Source: Thalia democratica (taxonomy: Eukaryota). From it: a stretch of DNA of 64,000 nucleotides. Both the position numbers and the translations under genes were made by a program. This document shows, one piece after another, positions 12,111 to 24,101 of this stretch (position 1 is the first letter of the stretch; every line of letters begins with the position of its first letter). The stretch spans positions 61,318,001 through 61,382,000 of the forward strand of contig OZ241827.1 in NCBI GenBank assembly GCA_965202585.1. The letters are read 5' to 3'. The notes below the pieces were generated by a model, which was not told the DNA's origin, did no database searches, and saw nothing but the letters and a program-made list of their open reading frames with translations.

Positions 12111-13726
12111 GTTTATTGATAAATGTCTAATGCTTAATGTTACTTGGTTTAGCGTACAACTTAATTAAGCTTTTTTAAATTGTTAAGTTGATAAAACTTT
12201 GATTAAAAATATTTATTAAATAATTGAGCTTTTGTTCACCTAAGTTTGCACTTAAGGAAAATATGCGTTTTTCTTGAAATTATTACGCTTTTATCATGGC
12301 TTTAAGCTCAATATTTTAATTTGCCTCTGTTAAATAAAATGCTCATTGATCCTAAGTCTTTTTAACCTGTTAAAATATTTTAAAAGTAAGTATAATGTAT
12401 ATATTAGCGTTAGACTAGAGTAATTTTATTTTTGAATTTTTTAAAACAAAAAAAAATTCTAAAAATGTAGCATTTTTTTTAGTTTTTTAATAAACTTAAA
12501 ACATTTTAACACTTTTCACATTTAATTGATAATTTATTTGTATATTAGCTAAAGAAAAAGTTTTTTTTTTGTTGAGACTTATGATTGTTTTATTGAATTC
12601 TCAAAAAATAATTTACTTTCATTTGATATTCTAAAAATATCATTATGCTTTTGTTTAATGATTAAGCTTATATGTTTAAATTAAAAATGATAATTTTATA
12701 AAGATTATTTGTGCTATTTAATTTATGAAACCCTAGCTGAAAATAGTACAAGGTGTTCAGCTATTTCCACTAATGCTTATGTATAATAACTACACCTAAA
12801 TACAAATGTTGGAAAGCTCTTTAAATATACAATATGCATACGGTATGCACAAATTAAATCTGCAATATGGGCCTATAAATTATATAAATAGAAATTAAAA
12901 TTAGTAAAAAGTTGTAGTCCTTCATTACAAAAGCTTGCAAGTCCCTTTTCTAGTAACTCCTGCAACAAAGTATAATATGTACTAACAAAAAAGTTTTCTG
13001 TATCAACAATAAAACCTTTAACAACAATTAAATTAAAAAAAATATGTTTTAGCTACTGTACCAGTAAATATTTTGTTAAAGATTTTTGTGGTTTTTGATA
13101 AATAAAAACTTTTATTAATAGTTGTTAAGAAGCTAAGGAAAATACTTCTAGTTTTATTTTAGTTTTAATCTTCTTTAGTTTTTTATAATTACATGTATGA
13201 ATAAAAAGATTCGGAATACATTCAAATATTAGTTTTCTAATACTATTTTAGACCGGATTCGAATGATTTCCTTTTAAAAGTTCAATACGATCAATTAGAA
13301 TCCTAAACAGCAAATAATGCAAAAAAAAACATTTCTAACTTTTACAAAATATAAATACATTAAATAAAGTTTAATAGTATTTTTAAGTTATTTTAAAGTA
13401 TTTATAGTATTTTTAAGTTATTTTTTAAGCAAGTTAGAAAATATTATTAAACTAAAAAACTTTAAAGGTGCACTGTCAAGACCAAATTGAGTTAAAAAAA
13501 GAATAATATTTACGTAAAATTTGTTTACATTTCTATTTAAAGATTATGTCAAAGTTACAGTGTTTTGTAAGATTTATTTGAATTAAAATAAGTACTAAAA
13601 ACTGAAATCTAGCATAAACAAGAACTATTTCTAAACTTACTTTTTGCCGTAAAACAACCTTTTCAGAGTAAGTATAAATTTTATAGTAATTGTAATAATA
13701 ACTTTATTTTTGAACATATATTTTAT

Positions 13727-15068
13727 GGGAACGGGTCACTTTTGCACGAGCGTCACTTTTGCACGAGTGGACACTTTTGCACGTGTGGACACTTTTGCAC
13801 GGCGACTCTTTCGCACGGAGGGTCACTTTAGCACGAGGGGACACTTTTGCGCGGAGGGTCACTTTTGCACGAGGGGACACTTTTGCACAGCGACTCTTTC
13901 GCACGGAGGGTCACTTTTGCACGGAGGGACACTTTTGCATGCAAGGTCATTTTGCACGGCGTCATTTTTGCACGGCGACATTTTTACACGTCAAAACTTT
14001 TGCGCGACGTTACATTTGCATGGTGACATTTTTGCATAGCGTCACTTTCGCACAGCGTTATATTGTCACGGATATACTTATGAACTGCAAAAATTTTAAG
14101 CAGTCAGTCAATTTTAAACGGAACTTTACTTTTGCACGCTTCTAGTTTTTATTTTCTTAAACAAAAGTTCGAATAAAGTTTTTTTAGTCAACTTAAATAA
14201 TATTCGCTTTTAAACGCAAGTTGTTTTAAATAAATTACATTGTTTGTCCTTGGTATGAATATTTTGTAAACATTTTTGTTTTATCTTCTCGTTAGTTTGT
14301 TTCTAACATAAATTATACTGTTTAAGACTTTTAAATATTTCACTTTTTGCCTTTAATATAAGTATGTTATAAAATTTTAGTTTTCCGTTTCTTTTTATGT
14401 TACAAATTTGGTACTAGCTAAAAAACTTTTTACCAAAATGCAATGTTGATTTTCCGATCGAAAAAGTCATCGTGCCAAAATGTCGCTGTGCAAAAATTTC
14501 ATCGTAAAAATTTGACATTCTGCAAAATTATAGTTGTGCAACATTGCTGCCGTAAAAAAATGTTATCGTGAAAAAATGTCGCTGAGCAAAAGTGTATCCT
14601 CATGCAAAAATGACGCCGTGCAAAAATTACCCTGCGTGCATAAGTGACGACCGTGCAAAAGTGTCTCGTCGTGAAAAAGTAACGCCGTGCAAAAGTGTCC
14701 CTAGGGCAAAAATGACCCTCTGTGCAAAAGAGTCGCCGTGCAAAAGTGTCACCTCGTGCAAAAGTGACCCTCCGTGCAAAAGTGATGCCGCGCAAAAGTG
14801 TCCCCTCGTGCTAAAGTGACGCTCGTGCAAAAGAGTCGCCGTGCAAAAGTTTCCCTTCGTGCAAAAAAGACACTGCGCGCAAAAGTGAAGCGGTGCAAAA
14901 GTGTCCCCTCGTGCAAAAGTATCGCTCGTGCAAAAGAGTCGCCGTGCAAAAGTGTATCCTCGTGAAAAAGTGACCCTGCAAGCAAAAGTGACGCTCGTGC
15001 AAAAGTGTCCCCTCGTGCAAAAGTATCGCTCGTGCAAAAGTGATGCTCGTGCAAAATAACACCCACCC
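13727..15068. mobile_element. Non-autonomous foldback/Mutator-like element
   Basis: Long inverted arms of 15-18-bp cttttgcacg units (13727-14140 and about 14460-15068); GGG...CCC termini; perfect 9-bp TSD atattttat at 13718-13726 and 15069-15077. Confidence 0.85.
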
Positions 15069-15438
15069 ATATTTTATATAAGATTATGATAAAAATATTA
15101 AACAAAATAAAAGAGGTATGAAAACTATAAGCGGTAGAAGGAGTAAAACAAGTAGGAGAAATAGAATAATTTTAGTTATTATTTTTTATTACTATTATTA
15201 AAAACAAAACAGAATCAAATATCTTATAGTTGAAGTTGGTTGACTAGTTAAGTAATTGGTGTAAACGCAAGTTTAAGAAAAGTAGAGATTAAAGATTAAT
15301 TAAATCATATAACTTACATATTTGAGTTTGAGTTATTTCATATTAAGTTGGTTGTTTTAAGAATAATAGTTTTCTAAGTAAGAAATATATAAAAACTTAA
15401 AAAGTCTGATACGGGTTTTGTACTACGGTGTTGTTAAT

Positions 15439-17502
15439 GGTATACTAACATTTTCCAACCAAGCACAATTCCCATCCGATCAATTCGCAACCCTATCATT
15501 TCCCACCCGGATATATTCTTAACCGATCAATTCCCACCTAAATCATTTCCCTTAAGCTTAGAAAATATGTATACTCTTTGCTTATATATATTTTTAAACT
15601 TTTTTTAATAGAAGTCAACTTAAAGATGACATTAGCTCGGTTTAAAGTCAAAATTACAACATAAAATACATAGGGGCACAAAAACACGCACGAATCAGGA
15701 TTTTTGACGATAAAGTTAAATTATATCCTTTCAAGTTTAGTTGTAAAATACCAAGAGTCTTTAAAAAAATTTTCTAATTAAAAACTTTTTTTGGTAAAGT
15801 AAAACAACAGTTAGATAGTTTCAATTATTTATAGTTAGTTTAACAGCATATTATTTTTGTGGATTTTAGTTTTTTATAAATGTTTAAATTATTTAAAATT
15901 TTGCTTAAACTTGTATCTTTTTGCTTTTTACTTAATATTAAACTATAAAGAAATCTTATGATTTTAACAAAAACTTGAAGTTTAGTCTAAAAAAAATTTC
16001 TAAAGTATTTTAGTTAATAATAATAACTGTTTGCCCCGTATCGAGTGTAAGTGCAGTTTTTAAGCAATAAATAAAATTAATTACTTTATGTCATACAATT
16101 ATTACCAAAATTCGTGTGTAACTACTGTTTTAAAGTTTAATTATAACAATTTTATGTCTTACAAGCTCAATCTACCGTACAACTTAGAAGTTACTTGTTG
16201 TATGATGTATGTATTGATTTTTTTTATAGTGTGCCTTTTAGTTTTTTTTTGTTTTACAAGAATATCGATCTTATTTTTAAACTACTTATACAAACAAATC
16301 AAAAAAATAAAAATGATAGGCTTAAACTTTTTAAACTTATATATATTATTCTTTGAACTATTTTAGCTAAAAGAAATCTTAAGAATTAAAATTCAAACTA
16401 AGATTAAAATTTGGTATATTTTTTTTAGAATATATTGCAAGTGCGAAAAAATGCGTTGCTTTTATTGTCAGCACTTAACTTGTCTTGAAAGGTTATAATG
16501 TTATTTGGTTCTCTTTTGAAAACATTGTTGCTTTAACAGCGTATAATTTTGTACGGATACTCTCACCTGGTCAAATAAAACTAATGAAAATAAAAATAAA
16601 AATAGAAAAGTTAAACCAAAAAACAAAACTTAAGTAAAGTAATTTGTTCCTAAATTGTTCGTATTTTGATAATAAAAAATTTAGTATACATTTTTACTCT
16701 AATTAGAATAGTTTTCAATTGTCTTTTACTTATAATTAGTCTTGTTTTAGTTTTATTTAAAACTAATCTTTATTTATTAGTAGTTAGTATTTTATTGATA
16801 CGTAATTATTGTTTAAACAGTTAAAATTTACATTTATTACAATTTTAGTTTCTTTTTTATGTATTTATATAAGTTTCATCAACTTAGTTTTATAAAATTT
16901 ATGAAAAAAGTCTAACGTGCAAAAATGACAACTAACGCAATATGTCGCACTAGTAAAAGTTTGATGCCATGCAAACAGGACACTTTGTGCAATATTCAGC
17001 CATAAAAAAGTTTTAATTCGTGGAAAAGTGACACCTATGCAAATCTGACACTATGCAAAAACAACTCTCCGTGTAAAAGTGATGTTCTGTAAAATTCACG
17101 TTTATATTAATTAGTTAGAAATGATCCGGGTGGCAAGTAATCCGGATGGGAATTGATGCAGGTGGGAGTTGATCGGGTGGGAATTGAGTAGGCTGGGAAT
17201 AGGTTCGGGTTAGAATTGATCAGGTGGAATTCAGTTTAGGTGGAAATTGATCGTGTGGGAATTAATTCACGTGGTAATCGATCGGGTTGAATTTGATTTG
17301 GGTGGGAATTGGTCGGTAGGGACTTGATTCGGGTGGGATTTGATCGGGTGGTATTGATCGGATGGGATTTGATCGGGTGGGATTTGATCGGGTGGCATTT
17401 GATTCGGGTGGGATTTGATCGGGTGGGATTTGTATTGGGTGGATAATGATTCGGGTGGGATTAAAATGGGAATTGTGCGCAGGTTGGAACTGAACGGGTT
17501 CC
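15439..17502. mobile_element. Second foldback/MULE-like element with asymmetric arms
   Basis: Left ttccaaccaagcacaattccc matches the reverse complement of right gggaattgtgcgcaggttggaa; flanks gttgttaat and gttattact (7/9 match, possible TSD). Confidence 0.6.
17120..17470 (+). repeat. G-rich 15-16-bp minisatellite (gggtgggatttgatc)n, about 20 units
   Basis: Directly visible tandem units within the right arm of the 15439-17502 element. Confidence 0.9.
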
Positions 17503-17569
17503 GTTATTACTTAACTACTAAATACACACTTTTGCAGCAACTACGCTAAACTTTTTTTTTAAACTTCTA

Positions 17570-18713
17570 AATCAGAAATCTGTGGAGAAACTGCACCTCA
17601 AGTTGATGGATCCTCACCCGGAACCCGATTACTCACTAAGTAGACGATCCGTCAAGTTTTGAAGCTGTTTTTGCACCGTGAATGCTGGAAATAATTTCTA
17701 TCAAGCTCTAATTCAGAAGCCTGTGGAGAAACTACAGCCGCACAACTGAATCAGCCCCCGTCACCCAGATTATTCACGGTATCACGGTTGTCGATATGTG
17801 AAGCTGGTATCGCGACATGAACGCTAGACATCGTTTCTCCACAACCGTTCAACAAATAGTCTATGAAGAAACTACATTTGGTCAAGTTGGTGGATAAGCA
17901 CCCGTCACCCCTATTACTCATGATACACGATTTGTCTATCTGTTAAGCTGGTTTAACATTACGTACGCTGGACATAGTTTTTCTACAACCATTCAATAAG
18001 TATGGATCTACAACCTCTTAATCAGTAGTCTGTGGAGGCATCAGCACCCGTGACCCCTATTGCTTTGAGTACACGATTTATTGAGTTGTAAAAATGGTTT
18101 CGCACAATGAACGCTGAACTAGGATTTTTCACTATCTCTCAATTAGTATTCTCATGAGAAAACACACCTGATTAAATTGATGAATCAGGACCCGTCATCC
18201 CAATTGTTAATGGTAAACACTTTGCAAAATGGGGGCTAAACATGGCTTCTCCAAAAATTCTTGTTCAGAAAGTTATCAAGAATCTTGGTCAAGTTTGATT
18301 ACTGACACGGTACACGGTCGATCTGTGAATTTGGTTTCACACCTTGAACGCTGGAAATGGTTTGTCCACTTCTTTTAGTAAGTAATCTGTGGAGAAACTA
18401 CACCTGGTCAAGTTGATGGATTAACACCCGTTACCAAGAATACTCATGATACACGACTTGTCTATTTCGCAACAAGAACACTAAACACAGTATCTCCATA
18501 ACCGTTCAATCAGTAGTCTATGGAGAAGTTCAATCAATACATTTGGTCAAGTTGGTGGATAAGCACCCGTCACCCCTATTACTCATGATACACGATTTGT
18601 CGATCTGTTAAGCTGGTTTAACATTATGTACGCTGGACAAAGTTTTTCTACAACCATTCAATAAGTATGGATCTACAACCTCTTAGTCAATAGTCTGTGG
18701 AGTAACTACACCA
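17570..18713 (+). repeat. Second array of the ~144-bp CCP-related satellite (about 8 units)
   Basis: Same consensus as 5260-6480; a full unit at 17798-17941 measures 144 bp. Confidence 0.9.
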
Positions 18714-19943
18714 TCAATTCAGATTTATTTTAATTGTAAGTTAAATATCTATTAATACTATTATAATAGAAATTAATTCAGTAAAAAATGAACAACGTTT
18801 ACGCAGTTATTTTTGACAACACAAAAAATATATCAAAAATAAGAATGATTCCAGTAAAATTTTCCAAAAATTTTCAATTTGAACGCTCAAAGTTAAGCAA
18901 AGTATTTAAATAAATTTAGTGATATGATTGACAAGAAACTGTTTATACATAATTTACTTTAACTAAAACGTTGAGAAGGGTCTATAACTGAAGGTTTATT
19001 TTTGGCATTGATGTTGAAGTTACAAAAAATAAGATAAATTTTCATAATTTATATTTTAGGTCAAGTGCTTAAATAAGTAAAGTCACTGTCTTTAATTAAT
19101 AAACATTCACTATATAAGCTTTTAATAAGGATATTTTCACAATTAGTTATTTTCATATACAATAAATAAATTGAGTTATAGTTTTCCTTATTTAATATTT
19201 ATTTGCAGTTTGCATTGGGTGGCTTTAAAAAATCAAATGGTGCCTGCGTGAAAGTTTCTTCAAGTCATCCAAAAATTTTCACAGGAAGTTGTTGTAATGT
19301 TTGCCAATTGCAATAAAAACTAGCTGAAAACACAATATTCGCTGTTTTTATAAGCACCTTACTGTACAAAGTTGTTTAAAAATTTGAAAATTATTAAAAA
19401 TGAAAACAATGGTATACTCACAATTCCCATCCAAATTTTTTTTTCACTTCTTTTCCTCTTTATTTATTTTCTTATTTTTTTGACCTTAATCCTTACCCTG
19501 TACTTTTATTCATACCAATTTTCTTAATAAATTATTTTCAACTACAACTAAGCGTGTCCCGAAAATAATACATATATTTGACCTACTATTAACAACTATT
19601 AAGGTAATTGGCTATCATTAAAATTTTCGAATGGAATTAAATAGTCTTGAAAGTTATTTTTACGCAAAACGTTACCTTTGTAGCATAATAAGCTGGATAC
19701 GTCAACTACATCAGGTGTTGTCCCACCACATTCTGCCTTTAGATCAGTGTTGGAAGCGTAACCACTTTCACATCTAAAGTCAACCTGGGTACCTTGTTCA
19801 ATTGGTAGATTAGGTGGTGATCCGTTTACTGTTGCCGTGGCATAATCAACTGAAGGAATACTGCTGAACTCTGTGACAAAAGTCAATTATATTAAAGATA
19901 AAATATTACCGGAAAGAGTCAGATGAAACTTTTTATTAAAGGT
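18714..19943 (-). repeat. Dispersed duplicate of the main gene's exon R and flanking intron (source 45221-45785 plus 46690-47434)
   Basis: tcaattcagatttattttaattgtaa at 18714/45221; homology ends at ttattaaaggt 19943/47434. Confidence 0.92.
19676..19870 (-). pseudogene. Orphan CCP exon R' (copy of 47166-47360), first Cys changed to Phe
   Basis: 195 nt, phase 1-1, AG/GT intact; EFSSIP versus ECSSIP. Confidence 0.75.
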
Positions 19944-20056
19944 CGTAGAAAAAAACAACTACTAAACAATCACCACATACTTATAAAAGTTATTTTTTTT
20001 AGTATCTCGAATGAAATTTTATTGATTTGTTAAATTATGTTAGAATAAGGTGTAAG

Positions 20057-20381
20057 CTATATATTATGTTTGTTAAAACCTGAAATTTTATCTCGCAGTT
20101 TTATCTCGCAAAGACCAAACTTTTGGCCACATTTAATTTCTAACGAGCATCGTTGGTCGTTCATAATCAGTGGGGCCATAAAACTGACATATGCACAGTG
20201 CTGGTTGTTATTTACACCGTTATTTGGCTCATTTGCGGCCCACGAAAACAAGTTTCCAGCCATATAAGTGTCGAACACCTCATCTGTAGCTGAAGATCCC
20301 GGTTTTCGCCACTCGCCCTCAACTAATTCATCGGTCAGTCCGATCCACGCTGAATTAACCAGGACCAAATCCCTGATTTCT
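20057..20381 (-). CDS. CTLD C-half terminal exon L1 (intact)
   Basis: EIRDLVLVNSAWIGLTD..EPNNG..HCAYV..MND..C..GLCE; phase-2 acceptor aaacag|A GAA; AATAAA at 20018-20023. Confidence 0.8.
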
Positions 20382-20766
20382 CTGTTTTTTTATTTTCAGA
20401 TTTACGCGGTAATAAAGTTCAAATGAACCCGCTGTGATTTTTTGCGGTAAAAGAGATGAAGAAAAAATCAAGCATGTTAGTTGAATTTAATTTTATATGC
20501 AAAGTTGTGTACGTCCGATGTTACTCAAATTTTTTTTCTTGTTGTTAGTTTGCTAACTAAACCAAAGCTTAAGTTGTTTGTTATATTCTTAGGATGTGTT
20601 ACTTAAACAGTGAAAAACACATAATTGATCGAGATTTTTTAAGCTGGTAAAAAAAAGAAATATTTTTTACCGTTAACAAGTATTTTCACACTAATTCAAG
20701 TCATGATCAAGTTGTTAAACGAAATGTTTTTTTTCAATAGACATATATATTTAAAATACAATTTAC

Positions 20767-20890
20767 GGGTGATATATTTTCCCGTCGGGTCCTAAGTTTT
20801 CATATATTAGGTCTCCATTCAATCTTTGACATTGCTCCCGAGCCTGGTTAAACGTACCCATTTTTCTCGTTAAGCTGAACTCGTATTCCC
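20767..20890 (-). CDS. CTLD N-half exon N1 (intact, 124 nt)
   Basis: cacag|..GEYEFSLTRKMGTFNQAREQCQRLNGDLIYENLGPDGKIYHP|gtaaat; phase 1-2, in frame with L exons. Absent from the ORF track. Confidence 0.82.
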
Positions 20891-21107
20891 CTGTGAGTTG
20901 TTAGTGAGTCAAAAATTATTCAATAAAAAACCAACATATTAAGCATTTTGGTCAAGGTAAACTTTAGTAACAAAGGTTTTAATTTATACAAATTAAGCTT
21001 TTATTTGGTCGTTATGTTTATGTGGTTTATTTCGTAATTATGCTTTTTATGTTGGTGAAACTAAAAACCTTAATTTAATTAATGATTTTTAACTTGAAAT
21101 ATACTCA

Positions 21108-21250
21108 TCAATTAGTGATCTTTAGATTAATAAAGTACAAAAACTGGTAATTTGAATCATCGCAAGCGTATCTAGTCATGGTGTAGTCAGTAAAGTCTAG
21201 TTCTACGATTTTCACATTGAAATCGTCCGAGGTTGGTAGGAGAGGACAAA
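21108..21250 (-). pseudogene. CCP stub exon C1 with its splice acceptor deleted
   Basis: CPLLPTSDDFNVKIVELDFTDYTMTRYAC..; the ttatttag acceptor seen in C3/C5 is missing (about 9-nt deletion). Confidence 0.65.
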
Positions 21251-22289
21251 AACAGTTGTTTAAAATTTAATAGTTTTAACACATTGTTGAAACATGCTTG
21301 TGTTTATCTATAGGCTGTAGATTATACAAATTTAACCGGATGACACCGGATGTAGAGCGCGCAAAATAAAAAGATACAAATATTGAAATAAAGAAAAGAA
21401 AGATAGAAGTAATAAGTTTATGCCACCGAATGTTCTATGTTCAAATAGACCAAAACTGGAAGTTGTTGCTGGAGGACAGCTTGTCTGCTACAGTATGCGT
21501 AAACTTATGAGTATGGCACGCTAACAACTCAAATCGAGCTGTTCGCCCCGTCGACATTGCTAAAGTAGGTATACAAAGTGTATATAGAACAAGATGTAAA
21601 AACTACGAAGTTATGAAGTAAAGTACAAAGTAAATGTTCTAGATAAACAAACAAATACTTGAATAAGAAGGATTTTCCGGAGATCATCTAGCTTTTCTAA
21701 GATGGCGGCTTACGCTCAAAGCGCCAAGAGACGTGGAACTGCTTTCTTCTTGACATGAAGTCGGTAAAACTTGCTCTCTCATTCGCTCGGCTGCTTATGT
21801 ACACCTCGTTTGCATAACAGTTCCGCATGATCAAGGCATGGTTCTAATTATCTAATTATAACATGCTGGTAGAAGCATGATACCCGGCGTGATTGTTAGT
21901 TTACTCTCCATGGCATTTAGGAAATTGCGTCAACTAACTTAACTAGCGATTGTTATTATTTGTTCGAAACAATGTTTTAAAAAAACAAATTGTTTTTATT
22001 TGAACTATTATTAAACGAAAACAATTTAAAAATTAAATTATTTATTAACTAACTCGACATTTTGACTATCGAAGCGAAAACAATAAATTTTTCAGGTCGA
22101 TGTCAAATATCGACTTTTTTTTTTTTAATGAGTAAGCTTTATGAAAGCAAACAAATAGTATCATACTTCTCAAAAAGTCGTTTAGTTCAATCTGTAGAGT
22201 TTAAATTTAAAACTTTATTTTAAGAACAATTAGTGATAGAAAAATAATAAAAAAGAATAAAAAATTTTAGAAAATAAACTAAACATTAT

Positions 22290-22760
22290 AAATATAAAGT
22301 TTAATTTAAACCTCAACTTATAGGAATTACGAGATGCTCCATAATCAAGTATCACAAAATATACTTGAAATTTAAATCAAATTACAAAGGGGATTCATCT
22401 AAATTGTATTAAGTACATTTTTTTGATAAAAATAAACTAATCATGATAAATAAAAAGTTCAATTTAAACCTCAACTTAAACGAATTACGAAAAGCTCAAC
22501 GATCAAACATATTTTATTATATGTTTGATTCAAAACTAATTTTTTCTGAAAAATTAGCTTCCTTATTTATACTACTTTTATGATTTATGTCAATCTGCAA
22601 CACCTCCTTAACACTTAAGAAAAAGACAACAATAAAGCATCACAAAATATAAATTAAAATAAAAACGATATTCATTCAAATTGCATTAAGCACATTTTCG
22701 ATAAAATACATCATAAAGTCCATCAATTTAGATATAAAGTTTAATTTAAACCTCAAGTTA
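22290..22760 (+). repeat. Three copies of aaagtttaatttaaacctcaacttaa-type motif downstream of gag (also about 30345-30810)
   Basis: Motif at about 22297, 22455 and 22737. Confidence 0.6.
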
Positions 22761-24101
22761 AGTGAATTAGTAAGAGCTTTAATTTTATTCTGAACTTTTT
22801 ATTATAAGGTCTACTAACGTAATTTTTTTTCGGTGACGCTAATAGTTATTACTGTTACCATGGTTTTGGTAACGATTATCAAGTTCGTGCCTATAACTAC
22901 CACCGTTACAAAAATTTTGGTTTCGATATTAAAATTTCGAACGAAGTATCTAGAAAAATTAATGCAATTTTGATTTCGATTGTTAAAGTTACGCCCGTAA
23001 TTATTACTATTACCGTAGTTTTGGTAACGCTTTTAAAAGTTCTGTCTCAAGTTACCGCTATTGTCATAACTTTGTTTAACATACCTGTCATTGCCGCTAT
23101 TGTGACGCCCATTATGTCGTTGATGGCCTTGGTTTTTTCTTGACTTGTTATAATTGACTGGTGGATCGGATACAGGAGGGTCGTCACTTTGGTGTGACCG
23201 CATAGTCTGTACGCGGGGTTTAAATTGTATAAGATCTATTACAACATATTTTTCGATCCTGCTCTTCAAAGAACTAGGAGCATGATATTATAAAAAGAAC
23301 TTAATACGGTTATCCTCATGAGCTGTTGCACATTCGGTAGCCTCGGCCAAACACGCGCTAAACGAAGTAGAGCTCGTATGTATTGGAAGTTTGCTGAGAA
23401 TTGGCGTAAAGGGACAGTTACGTATTTCAAAAAATTCTTCGAATGAAAATTTTGTTTTTCAGGGTTGACTGTCGTATAGTATTGTGACACCTCGTCGGAA
23501 ACCCATTTTATGTTATATTTCGTGTGATCATCTGTCACATTGAGTCGCTCAAATTCTCCGACGAAGTAATTCAGGGTTTGGCGTGGTGTAGTAATTTTAG
23601 TGAAACGGTGAAATTTACGTGTAAGCTTATCTGCGCTAGTTTCTTTATTAAAAACACTGCCGTCGTTGACGTAAATCAGAAGAAGAGTTTTTTTTATCGT
23701 TCTAATGTTCTAATTATTTCATTAACATTTTTTAACGACGTTTGATGACTGTACGCCGTTAAATGTTCAAAACTGTTCGGTGCGACATAGTTTTGGCGCA
23801 TTTTTTGTTTATTAATGGTCTTCGTTTTCGTTGTGTATTCGTTAATGTTATCGAAAGGTAGTGGATCGTAGCGTTGAAGGATGCCATTATAACCCTCAGC
23901 TCTTGCTACTAACACTTTCTTTTCGTCTGATATCGATTTGTGTTGTTCTGATATCGCTTTGTGTTGGTGAGATATGTTAGTCCGCTCAGGGTTTATAGTT
24001 GGTATGTGGTAACTAGCGTCCAAACCATCTTCAGCATCGGTAACTAACCTCGAGCGGTCGTATACTGACACAGGTATGGATCTCTTGCTGCTAGCACTCA
24101 T
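22753..24101 (-). pseudogene. Degenerate Ty3/Gypsy-like gag (copy 1), no pol
   Basis: Several frameshifts and stops; motif NYFVGEFERLNVTDDHTKY..PDEVS..SFKEFFERR resembles invertebrate Gypsy gag N-termini; Asn-rich tail. Confidence 0.55.

Larger units (their letters stand above)
7551..12776 (+). repeat. Segmental duplication copy 2 (ART locus)
   Basis: Near-identical to 1-5219 (offset 7545-7557); diverges after 12776. Confidence 0.97.

Noticed and set aside
13704-15105. Multiple ORFs (RGDTFARR/HFCT/AKV repeats) in the ORF track
   Set aside because: Translations of the 15-18-bp foldback arm repeats in several frames on both strands; not genes.
16088-16366. Hydrophobic 92-aa ORF (similar cases: 24551, 26163, 27366, 32620, 34305, 51530)
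   Set aside because: Low-complexity AT-rich frames with no motifs or splice support.
20070-20267. Plus-strand ORFs overlapping lectin and CCP exons (also 27099, 28263, 35397, 38328, 55049, 55323, 63489)
   Set aside because: Antisense shadows of real minus-strand exons.
20382-20405. Possible 24-nt micro-intron (gtaaat..aaacag) upstream of L1
   Set aside because: Removing it does not give an in-frame upstream sequence; the true partner is the N exon at 20767-20890.
21350-21556. Possible solo LTR (TGT..ACA) next to the unit breakpoint
   Set aside because: No TSD, no second LTR and no PBS or PPT oriented with the gag relic.
21699-21709. YY1-like AAGATGGCGGC motif (also 29746) as a cassette promoter
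   Set aside because: Single motif in TE-like sequence; no downstream signal-peptide exon on either strand.
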